NCBI RefSeq assembly: GCF_023055435.1
Contig: NW_025963779.1
Coordinates: 34,658,001 to 34,722,000 of the forward strand
Origin: Haliotis rufescens
Lineage: Eukaryota
Length of the DNA: 64,000 nt
Direction of reading: 5' to 3'
Shown here: one piece after another, positions 52,742 to 64,000 of the stretch
Position numbering within the stretch: position 1 is the first letter of the stretch
How the letters are laid out: the number at the start of each line of letters is the position of its first letter
Program-made: the position numbers and the translations under genes
The notes under the pieces: model-generated
What the model was told of the DNA's origin: nothing
Database searches by the model: none
What the model saw: the letters and a program-made list of their open reading frames with translations, nothing else

Positions 52742-55700
52742 ATGAGGACATACATATTGGTGCTCCTGGCCTTGGCGTGTCTCGCGCTGCACGTGACAGG
52801 TAACCATGGCGACCAACACGTTCCTCACGTTCGACTGTCGTCTGGACACGCACCTCGGAAACACTCCAGCCCTAAACCTCCTTCTCACCGATAATTAGGT
52901 CAAAACAGATCGCAATGTCAAAGGCTAATATTTCGTGAACATGAACCGTAAATTACAGAGACAAATAGAACGTACTAGATCACAACAAAGTATAAAAAGA
53001 GTTTGTTGAATTAGTTAATAAAAGCAACATATGTCAAACATATTTTCGATTGATAAATAACGTTCTGAAATTATGTATCTGTAGATTTAAGACGTGTATA
53101 TTCAGGTTCAACTTTTTAACAACAACATACAAGAATATCATGAATTCACCCTGGCCTCATCGTGATCGTAAGTCTGCGTTAACGTAGAGAGTATTAGCGC
53201 TGAAACCGCTTTGTGAAACGGGTCCGATATTATCAAAAATATCTTGATTAAGACATTCATCAGTGACATCATCTGAAGGGGGGCGGTCGGGTAGCCTAGT
53301 GGTTAAAGCGTTCGTTCGTCACGCCGAAGACCCATGTTCGATTCCCGACATGGGTACAAGGTGTGAAGCCCATTTCTGATATTGTTGGAATATTGCTAAA
53401 AGCGGCGTAAAACCATACCCACTCACTCAGCTGAAGGAAAAAGAAAGCGGGAAGAAAGAGGCATATGGTCAATGTGTTTTATTTCACGACATTGCACTTT
53501 ATATACAGGGTCTTTAACGACGTTCTTCTCTTGGTAAGAACACCATCCAGCAATACCTCTGCTTTTTGTAATGTGAGCTACGCGATCAATGTCTTGAACC
53601 TAGAAAGGAAACTCCCATCGAGCAACATGTCGCCAGGATTATTCGAAAATGTCATTCATTTCCCATTACGTTTATTGTGTTATTATAGCCTAGAGCGTTT
53701 TCTCCATATTGCACATACATGTATTCATTGCTAACACTTTTATAAGGTAAAAGCTATGTGCAATAAGGTGAAAACGCTTCACAGGGAAAATGATATTTAA
53801 AACGTGATACGAAGGAGAATTTATGGATGTCAACTTCTTAATTATGTTTCGGAGTTAAGCTTACTCCTTCATCAGGCGACATTTTATCGATCCGAATTGC
53901 GTGGATCGATGCTCATGATATTAATCACTGGAATGTCTGGTCCAGACTCGATTATTTACAGACCGCTGTCAAACAGCTGTAATATTCCTGAGTGCGGCGT
54001 TAAACAACAAATAAACAAACAAAACATCAGGCGAATGATGACCTGACGAGTAAGCTTAACTCCAAAGCATTGTGTTCCTCATAACAAAGAAGTTGACCTC
54101 CATAAATTCTCTTTCTTATGTGTATCACTAAATGCCACTCAAACCGTCATGATTTCTCTGTGCGTACATATGTAGTTAAAGCTCTCTGTACGTACATATA
54201 TGGTTATATGTTCAATGTGGTGAAAACGTCTAGGGAGAAAATGATACTAAAGACGTGATGTTTTCTCTGTACGTACACAGACGCATTCATTAATACCATT
54301 TTATATGGTAAAATCCGTATACGTTCAGAGAAAACATATATACGTTAAAACTGATTGCGTTTTAGGGGCTTGTTCTTTACGTCACACTGACGTTGTTTTA
54401 TACGACAACACGCAAGCGCAAACGTTGTGGTAACGCCATGACGTGATCGTTTCAATACACTACCACCATCATCATCGCACAGACAGAGGGTACGCCTGTT
54501 TCATCAGGGTGACCCACATGCACGTAACATTTGAAGTTGTACCAGCTTTTCTAAGTTTAATGAAAACCTATGTCAGGCACAAAAGACGTCAAGCGGGCAT
54601 GTTGACTAAACGGTACTAAAGCCTGCAATGAGTTTTTAAATTAAACTTTCACAAACACCCCAGTTTAATTTGTAGGTGTTTGCCCATTTTCGGACCTTCG
54701 TGCTGAAAAAGGTAAGTATTTTCGTGGATGCTTAAAGGGCAAGTTCACACGGAAATGAACCTATTTTTCTTGTACTTTTTCCACATTAAAAGTGTTAACC
54801 TAGAGGTGTCAAAGACAAAAATATAAAAATATCACAATTAATTAACATATTTTTCGCATTAAAACGATTTATATTTTTCACATTTACCAAGTGTTCTATT
54901 TCCACAACAAAAACACCATGGCTTATGCCCCTTGCAATATGACGTCATTGGTGCCAATTGATAAACATTATGACGTCATCATGCTTTGTTAGAGCCGCTT
55001 CACGTGGTGTAGGTCCAGGTGTGTGATTCTAGCGTCTCAGATGCCAGCCAGCATAGTGTTATGCTGAGTCACCACTGCGCCGGATTGTGTCGTAGGCCAT
55101 GTTGTTTTACCGCAAACTGGTACTTGATATCTTTTGCGTTGAAAATAGACAGGGACCCAGTTGAATTGGCACCAATTACGTCATAATCTAAGGGGGATAA
55201 CTCAGGCATGTTTAGCTCGAAAAACGAAGGCCTCATAACGGCATATCATTTTCACACTATTGTGAGCTTCCTACTTTCACTGTGAAAAAATGAGTGTATA
55301 TTTTCAAACACAGATACTAATTAATTCTAAAATTGCGTTTTGTTTAGAAAAAGAAAGAAAGTGATTTTTGCGTGTACACTTCCCCTTTAAGTCTTAAGAA
55401 TCAGGTTCATGAAGCGAAGTGTTGCACTCACATGTTTTGTTTATTCAACTCTCAAAAAGATATACATTCTTCTTATATTTTAAATGTATTGTTTCTGTTC
55501 ATGTTCGATGTTAAGTGTAATTTCCTCGACGTTGAAAGAACTGAATGTGCGTTGTTAACGATACCCCGAAATTTCGTAACGCATATAATATACTATTCCA
55601 CTGAAGGGGGATAGTTTAAGATTTCACATCGCCGTGTTTTTGTTGCAAATTTAATTGAATATTGTACACAAAGAAATCGAATGAGTTTGGATTTGTAAAG

Positions 55701-58700
55701 AGTTATGGCACAATGAAAATTAAACATTACTCTCAAAAAAGAATTAAAATGCAATATATTTAAAGACTTTTCCAACGACTACCGTACAATCATGCTAAGT
55801 AGTCCGACTGACCACGCTGTCACTATTTGCCCACATGCCTGGCCAGTCGGGTGTCACTGACCCTCTCTCCAGGAATGACCGCCACGTTGATGGAGGGGAC
55901 AAAGCAAAGACTGTTTTAATGGTCAACGTAATTCCTGGTATTTACATTGAAAGGATCAATGACTACTGACTACATAAAGTCAGAGAAGCATGTTCGCAGC
56001 GCGGGTACCACCTGAACTGCCAATACACCATGTCCTTGTGATAGACGTATAATATGAGGGTTAAATGTTGAACTAAATTACCGCAAAGACTATTTAGTTT
56101 TTTCATCTATCCTTGTCACCTGCTGAAACACCCCAACTCACCCTCATCCCATCTCCATCCCCGTTCTGGCCCCAGTTGGAGATGAAGGAGTGTGAGATCA
56201 TCCGATTTGGTAAAACGTCGTTAATTCGAAATCCTCTGCACTGTAGAATATGTATGTTTTAGCAGTGTGAGACAAACGGAGTTCCGATGGTATTTAATAG
56301 GACCGATAGACATTCGGCACGGACCATACCATTTTATAAAATTCGATTTAAGGATGAGGTACCGAATACTAAAAAATAAGGACTTACAGAAGAGAAGAAT
56401 GTCGATACTTGACATAATTCATGAAGTAAAATATACATTGTAACTGTATTCATATCAACAACAAAAACTATCAAAGGCCAGAAGTTCCAGTTGAGACTTA
56501 AGTGTAAGTTTTAAACTATACATTCTTCAAAGGTGTTTACTAAAATTATCAGTTCTCGTGGTTTGTGTATGTACGAATCTCTTTTAGTCTGTCTCACAGT
56601 CCCTGAACCATATATTTTCCCTTCCGCCCATCCCTTACTGTAATGCTATAAGCTTTAAATGAAGCAAGCCCATGTTACTGAGGGTCATTTTCAATTTAAA
56701 CGTTTGTGCTCGTTTCTATCAAAATAGAAACAAATCCTACCTCAGATGCACACATTTACCCAGGGGGCAAAATGTACCCTGAGGGGACAATTTCGTCATA
56801 TAAACATGCTTTTTAAATTTACCCCAGGGGATTATATACCCCAACTCGATAGGTGGGGCACATTTCGTACCCCTGGAAGTAAAATACTTCCTGGGGCAAA
56901 GTTGTGCATATATAAACTAGGCTTTAGCGTTTGTTTAGACCGTCTTATATATTTCGGATTCTAGTATCATATAGTGTTCTCAACAGCCAATAATTTGAAA
57001 ATGTCTGTGGCATGCATCAACAAATGCACATGATGTCAAACAGCTGGCTATGTTTATCAACTATATAAACATCCGTGAAGATCCGAGTTAGAATTGGTCT
57101 TCAGCAACCCATGCTTGTTGTGAGAGGCGACTAACGGGATTGGGTGGTCACGCTCGCTAACTTGGTTGATGCATGTCATCGTATCCAAGTTGCGTAGATC
57201 AAGGTTCAAGATATAAATCACTGGATAGTCTGGTCCAGACTCGATTACATACAAACCGCCGTCATATAGCTGGAACTATTGCTGGTATTAGTGCGGCGTT
57301 AAAAAAACAACAAACAAAATACTATACAAGCTGTTTATCTACTATACGAAATGGCCATACTAATAAGAACATGACCGACGACATATATTCTTCATGTAAT
57401 AAATAATATACATAAAATGGTTGTTGCAGGACAGGATAAGAAGATGTTCTGCTACTACAGCAGTGACGCCAGGTGGCGCAGCGACTACGGCCGGTTCCAA
57501 CCGGGCGACATCGACCCCTTCCTGTGTACACACGTCATCGTGGCTTTCGCAAAGGTGTTGCCATGGGGACTAGGACCCAACGTTGAAGGGGATGAAAAAC
57601 CTAGTGGCTGGAATGGTCAGTAAAATAATTCTCTTAATTTTCTGTAAATTATATATATACCATGTCTGTCACTATAATTCTTCTCCTAGTACTACAACTA
57701 CTACTACAACTGCAACTGCGACTTCTACAATTGCTTCAACTTTATTTACAGATGTTGAATATTTTCAGTTGGTACTTATTAGGAATTCACCAATAACTAT
57801 AATACATGTACCGAATAGAAAGTGTAGCACTGGGCTGGCGATGAACGCCATATTGTCGCAATTCACATATTTCCCGTTTGAATGTTTCGAAAGTCGAATT
57901 GCATCATGCGGCCGTAGAAAAGCTTTCGCTGATTGGTAGTCCATGATTATTTGAGTATTTGGACTAAAATACCATCTTCGGAACACCATCTTCAATAGCA
58001 ACACGTATCTTCAAATTATTTTTTGGGAAACAATGCTTCAGGTGTTTTTCTTGTTGTGTCAGTCCGTTATTTTCATTGTTTTTTGTACTTTTATGCATCT
58101 TCAAAATGTTTCATTTCATCATAGAGACCATTCTAAGAAATTTCTCTTAAAAACATATGACTGGCTTTCCTGGCAGTCGCCTCCTTTCGCCAGCACTCTA
58201 TTGAGGTGACTCAATGAATATTGTGGTCAGTCTCGTTGATTTGGTTGAATGCGTGTCACGGTACATTAACGGCATGGATCGATTAAACAATATCCAATAT
58301 CTAAAAAGAGTGGTTTTGTGTTTTTGTCACATATAATAACACCAACTTCAATGTTTTCAGCATTATACGCCAAGACCGCTGCTCTTAAAAAACGAAACCC
58401 TAACCTGCGCGTGTTGCTTGCGGTGGGGGGATGGAAGGAAGGATCGAAGCCGTTCAAGAAAGTCATAGAAACCGAGAACACGATATCCAAGTGGGCCGAG
58501 AACGCTGTCGCTTTCCTCCGCCAGCACAACTTGGACGGGATGGACATGGACTGGGAGTTCCCAGGGGTCAGAGGCAGCGTCCCTGCCGACAAATACAAGT
58601 TTACCATCTTATTGAAGGTACGCGTCCATATCTAGTGTCTCCTCCGACAAATACAAGATTACCTCCTTATTGAAGGTACACGTCCATATCTAGTGTCTCC

Positions 58701-61700
58701 TCCGACAAATACAAGATTACCACCTTATTGAAGGTACGCGTCCATATCTAGTGTCTTCTCCGACAAATACAAGATTACCTCCTTATTGAAGGTACACGTC
58801 CATATCTAGTGTCTCCTCCGACAAATACAAGATTACCACCTTATTGAAGGTACGCGTCCATATCTAGTATCTCCTCCGACAAATACAAGATTACCACCTT
58901 ATTGAAGGTACGCGTCCATATCTAGTGTCTCCTCCGACAAATACAAGTTTACCACCTTATTGAAGGTACGCGTCCATATCTAGTGTCTCCTCCGACAAAT
59001 ACAAGATTACCACCTTATTGAAGGTACGCGTCCATATCTAGTGTCTCCTCCGACAAATACAAGATTACCACCTTATTGAAGGTACGCGTCCATATCTAGT
59101 GTCTCCTCCGACAAAAACAAGATTACCTCCTTATTGAAGGTACACGTCCATATCTAGTGTCTCCTCCGACAAAAACAAGATTACCTCCTTATTGAAGGTA
59201 CGCGTCCATATCTAGTATCTCCTCCGACAAATACAAGATTACCACCTTATTGAAGGTACGCCACCATATCTAGTGTCTCCTCCGACAAATACAAGTTTAC
59301 CACCTTATTGAAGGTACGCGTCCATTTCTAGTGTCTCCTCCGACAAATACAAGATTACCACCTTATTGAAGGTACGCGTCCATATCTAGTGTCTCCTCCG
59401 ACAAATACAAGATTACCACCTTATTGAAGGTACGCGTCCATATCTAGTGTCTCCTCCGAGCAATACAAGATTACCACCTTATTGAAGGTACGCGTCCATA
59501 TCTAGTGTCTCCTCCGACAATTACAAGATTACCACCTTATTGAAGGTACGCGTCCATATCTAGTGTCTCCTCCGACAATATCTAGTGTCTCCTCCGACAA
59601 ATACAAGATTACCACCTTATTGAAGGTACGCGTCCATATCTAGTGTCTCCTCCGACAAATACAAGATTACCACCTTATTGAAGGTACGCGTCCATATCTA
59701 GTGTCTCCTCCGACAATTACAAGATTACCACCTTATTGAAGGTACGCGTCCATATCTAGTGTCTCCTCCGACAATATCTAGTGTCTCCTCCGACAAATAC
59801 AAGATTACCACCTTATTGAAGGTACGCGTCCTTTTTAGTGTCTCCTCCGACAAATACAAGATTACCACCTTATTGAAGGTACGCGTCCATATCTAGTGTC
59901 TCCTCCGACAAATACAAGATTACCACCTTGTTGAAGGTACGCGTCCATATCTAGTGTCTCCTCCGACAAATACAAGATTACCACCTTATTGAAGGTACGC
60001 GTCCATATCTAGTGTCTCCTCCGACAAATACAAGATTACCACCTTATTGAAGGTACGCCACCATATCTAGTGTCTCCTCCGACAAATACAAGTTTACCAC
60101 CTTATTGAAGGTACGCGTCCATATCTAGTGTCTCCTCCGACAAATACAAGATTACCACCTTATTGAAGGTACGCGTCCATATCTAGTGTCTCCTCCGACA
60201 AATACAAGATTACCACCTTATTGAAGGTACGCGTCCATATCTAGTGTCTCCTCCGAGCAATACAAGATTACCACCTTATTGAAGGTACGCGTCCATATCT
60301 AGTGTCTCCTCCGACAAATACAAGATTACCACCTTATTGAAGGTACGCGTCCATATCTAGTGTCTCCTCCGACAATTACAAGATTACCACCTTATTGAAG
60401 GTACGCGTCCATATCTAGTGTCTCCTCCGACAATATCTAGTGTCTCCTCCGACAAATACAAGATTACCACCTTATTGAAGGTACGCGTCCTTTTTAGTGT
60501 CTCCTCCGACAAATACAAGATTACCACCTTATTGAAGGTACGCGTCCATATCTAGTGTCTCCTCCGACAAATACAAGATTACCACCTTGTTGAAGGTACG
60601 CGTCCATATCTAGTGTCTCCTCCGACAAATACAAGATTACCACCTTATTGAAGGTACGCGTCCATATCTAGTGTCTCCTCCGACAAATACAAGATTACCA
60701 CCTTATTGAAGGTACAATGTCTTTGTAAGTATATTCCCAAATAAGAAATTTAACGCCCTTTCCTTCCATATATAAACCGTTTGAGCACATCTAGTGCTTG
60801 CTGCCTTGTTTTATCCCATGACCTTCCGGCTGCATCAATATAAACTACATGTATCCTTCAAAACAAACTGACAAAAACCTGCTAAATAGTTTATTCTCAA
60901 TGTTGGTGTCAAGCTGGATCCAATTAACCAAATTGCTATGGAAAATCCGTAAACAAACAGAGGATACAAGCGCCTTCTTATAAAAGTCACGTTTCAGGGC
61001 GGGGTAGTGAGGGAGAGGTCAAGATGAGATCGAGGCTCGGTAAACATGGCGAACAGGTCTCACCTACCGAAAACCGACCTGTCAATGTCGTAAAATTGAC
61101 GGGATGTAAAGGCGGCCATGTGCGTTTCACACCTAATCACCAAATTAACTTCTCTGTTGGTAATCTCGCAACGTGATCCGTCGAATTCGATTAATTGTAA
61201 GAGAAACAAGAATTCCTATAAATCTTTAATAAGTAGTAAAGCTTCAGAAAGAAAGAAATCTGAAATAAATTTAAAGGAATTTAAGAGAGAGAATGAAATG
61301 AATAAAATGAATTAATGTTCTCGTTTAATAAATGATTTGGTTGATTTTTCATGTTCACAGTTTATAGTTCATATCTGTTTTATGTTATGGTTCGTCATGA
61401 TCAGTTAAACATTAACAAATCGCAAACATAACGTTGAATAAATGACGGGAAATTTCCCAAAATCTGTGGACGTTATTTTCTTCCAAAATATGACAAACAT
61501 CGGTTTTGTTCATTTGAGTATGAAATTTCGGCTTCAACTATAACGCTCGTATATGTATGTGATAGATGCTAATTCGTGAATGGACGTTTTTCGTTTAGAC
61601 GTTTCAGGAAAAACTCCAAGAAGAGGCTAGGCAGACAGGGAATGAGAAAATGATACTGACGTTGGCTACTGCTGCAGGGCTTTTCTTCATTGACAACGCC

Positions 61701-61723
61701 TACGAAACGACGAAAATCCACAA
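52742..61723 (+). CDS. GH18 chitinase (chitotriosidase/AMCase-like), first four coding exons; the gene continues past the window
   Basis: Exons 52742-52799 (signal peptide MRTYILVLLALACLALHVTG), 57430-57615 (MFCYYS..DIDPFLCTHVIVAF), 58361-58617 (LLAVGGW, intact catalytic LDGMDMDWEFP) and 61599-61723 (TFQEKLQEEA..MILTLATAAG..IDNAYE). Phases 1/1/0/2 are consistent. Confidence 0.93.
53279..53428 (+). mobile_element. SINE family A copy (internal deletion), TSD CTGAAGG
   Basis: Same head and tail as 35283. Confidence 0.85.
54736..55386. mobile_element. TTAA-flanked non-autonomous DNA transposon (Kolobok-like)
   Basis: TTAA|AGGGCAAGTTCACACG ... CGTGTACACTTCCCCT|TTAA, plus an internal inverted pair 54929-54960 / 55164-55195. 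Confidence 0.75.
57071..57320 (+). mobile_element. Family B retroposon copy in a chitinase intron
   Basis: Reverse complement of 49626-49899. Confidence 0.85.
58586..60715 (+). repeat. 58-bp tandem array (~36 copies) made from the chitinase exon 3' end + 5' splice site
   Basis: Unit CCGACAAATACAAGATTACCACCTTATTGAAG|GTACGCGTCCATATCTAGTGTCTCCT. The first copy is the real exon end. Three extra ~22-bp partial duplications are present. Confidence 0.97.
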
Positions 61724-62959
61724 GTGAGTTATATATTAACTGTTGAAGGTGGTATTCAACATTAATCCTATGCATATACACATTTGTTTATGGGTAAGGA
61801 TTCAATGAATTCAAGTTGGATATGAGTATATGATGGCGTCAGATGTTGGTTTAGGAGACTGAATTCAATCTATTATTGAGCCTTGTATTGCGTTGTTGAA
61901 AATATATATCATTACTTATCTTCTTTTGTGTTCAAATAAATATATAAATATATCAAGCTTTCGACCTCCGGGCTTTCCTCAGGCACACTCGACCCGGGGT
62001 AGAACAGGCCTTCAGCAATCCATGCTTGCCGTAAAAGGCGACTATGCTTGTCGTAAAAGGCGACTAACGGCATCGTGTGGTCAGGCTCGCTGACTCGTAG
62101 CGCCACCAGTAATTATTATGAATTATGTCCCTTCTGAACCTCTCCTATGGACCAATCCCATTCCACCACTTGCATTTGTTTCTAACAAAATGGCGGCGCC
62201 CTGTCAAGACGATCTGATCGATAATCAATCTCATTAAAATCATAACCTATTCCTCATTGTCCTATAAGGCTAAAAAAAATAATAATCTTGGTTCTCAGGC
62301 ACCGTCCGCATCACCATTAAGCACTGCCATACAATCTCAACTATTTATTAGACATTCCGGAATGTTCGTTTGTTCAATTTTCAAATTTTTAATCGAGAAC
62401 TGTGTCAAGATATTTTTCAAGCCTAGTCTGAAATGGAAGTCGCCAGGTCGCCAGGGTGCCGTAAAGCTCGAGAAAGGTGCTTTCTAATTGGCTGATGTCG
62501 ACTTCTGGGTAGTCATTTTAGTGGTTGGTCAAAGTTCGCGAAATGGCGTTCTGACGTGACCCGTAATGGGATGTCCTCAGATCTTTGTTTAGCGATAGCG
62601 AGAACTAAGATCTGATTTTAATGAGATTGGAACTATATTGTGATAAAACGGGTCTTACATCGCGAAGTGCATCAGATCATGCGAGAACCTTGATTAAAAA
62701 CATGAAAAGGTTTGGAAAATATCTTTTGACAACGAGTTGGCGGTGCACATGCTTTGCAAATCCTGCAATCGACCGAAATCTGTACGACAGTTAACGAACC
62801 GGATTTCGATTTCGTTGCGAGATTTTGATTGGACTGTGCATTGACTCGTTAGTCCACCTTAAATGTAACTCCAAAATACCAGTCTAGTTCGGCAGGGGTG
62901 GAAACTGGACTTTTATACCCAGTTAACTCGCTTGCCTCGGGAAGATGTTTTCATGGCGA

Positions 62960-64000
62960 CAGATATCTCGAACATATGCTGTTGATGACGCTATTCTATT
63001 CATCCAAGTATATCTCGAATATATGCTGTTGGTGACGCTATGCTATTCATCCAAGTATATCTCGAATATATGCTGTTGGTGACGCTATGCTATTCATCCA
63101 AGTATATCTCGAATATATGCTGTTGGTGACGCCGTGTTATTTCAGATATCTCGATTATATGCTGTTGGTGACGCCATGTTATTTCAGATATCTCGATCAT
63201 ATGCTGATGGTGACGCCGTGTTATTTCAGATATCTCGATTATATGCTGTTGGTGACGCTGTGTTATTTCAGATATCTCGATTATATGCTGATGGTGACGC
63301 CGTGTTATTTCAGATATCTCGATTATATGCTGTTGGTGACGCCGTGTTACTTCAGATTTCTCGATTATATGCTGATGGTGATGCCGCCGTGTTATTTCAG
63401 ATATCTCTATTATATGCTGATGGTGACGCCGTGTTATTTCAGATATCTCGATTATATGCTGTTGGTGACGCCGTGTTATTTCAGATATCTCGATTATATG
63501 CTGATGGTGACGCTGTGTTATTTCAGATATCTCGATTATATGCTGCTGGTGACGCCCTGTTATTTCAGATTTCTCGATTATATGCTGATGATGATGCCGC
63601 CGTGTTATTTCAGATATCTCTATTATATGCTGTTGGTGACGCCCTGTTATTTCAGATTTCTCGATTATATGCTGTTGGTGACGACGTGTTATTTCAGATA
63701 TCTCTATTATATGCTGATGGTGATGCCGCCGTGTTATTTCAGATATCTCGATTATATGCTGTTGGTGAAGCCATTTTATTTCAGATATCTCGATTATATG
63801 CTGATGGTGACGCCGTGTTATTTCAGATATCTCGATTATATGCTGTTGGTGACGCCCTGTTATTTCAGATATCTCGAATATATGCTGTTGGTGACGCTGT
63901 GTTATTTCAGATATCTCGATTATATGCTGTTGGTGACGACGTGTTATTTCAGATATCTCGATTATATGCTGATGACGCCGCCGTGTTATTTCAGATATCT
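62960..64000 (+). repeat. Tandem array of chitinase 3' splice site + exon start: three 47-bp units, then 21 units of 42/45 bp, running off the window
   Basis: Unit GTGTTATTTCAG|ATATCTCGATTATATGCTGTTGGTGACGCC. Acceptor G positions run 63145, 63187, ... 63994, spaced 42 or 45 nt. Confidence 0.95.

Noticed and set aside
58586-60715. CRISPR-like regular array
   Set aside because: There are no unique spacers, units are near-identical end to end and derive from a eukaryotic exon-intron junction, and no cas genes are present.
62960-63132. The 47-bp units as productive acceptors
   Set aside because: CCAAG|TATATC adds one nucleotide relative to the required phase, and 47 is not a multiple of 3, so they are excluded from the in-frame set.

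Overview
Eukaryotic, AT-rich, intron- and SINE-rich genomic DNA. The repeat families suggest a mollusc, probably a gastropod such as abalone (inference). From left to right: (1) the 5' part of an unidentified minus-strand gene with at least three candidate alternative first coding exons, all ending in phase-0 GTAAGT donors (21374-21460, 12355-12408, 1170-2618); (2) an intronless CRTAC1-like FG-GAP/ASPIC-UnbV gene ending in HEEL; (3) a frameshifted DD34E Tc1 transposon; (4) a complete 6-exon SDF2/SDF2L1 gene ending in HDEL, with a perfect ERSE (CCAAT-N9-CCACG) just upstream; (5) an intact 4-exon minus-strand gene for a herpesvirus-tegument-like (VTD / peptidase C76-like) deubiquitinase, possibly inside a mobile element; (6) the 5' part of a GH18 chitinase in which two splice junctions have been amplified into tandem arrays. 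One array holds about 36 copies of an exon end plus donor. The other holds at least 21 in-frame copies of an acceptor plus exon start, with no stop codon. Many SINEs (at least 4 families sharing a 3' tail), MITEs and a Helentron-type non-autonomous element are interspersed. All gene models were assembled by eye from splice signals, phase consistency and remembered family motifs. No searches were run.
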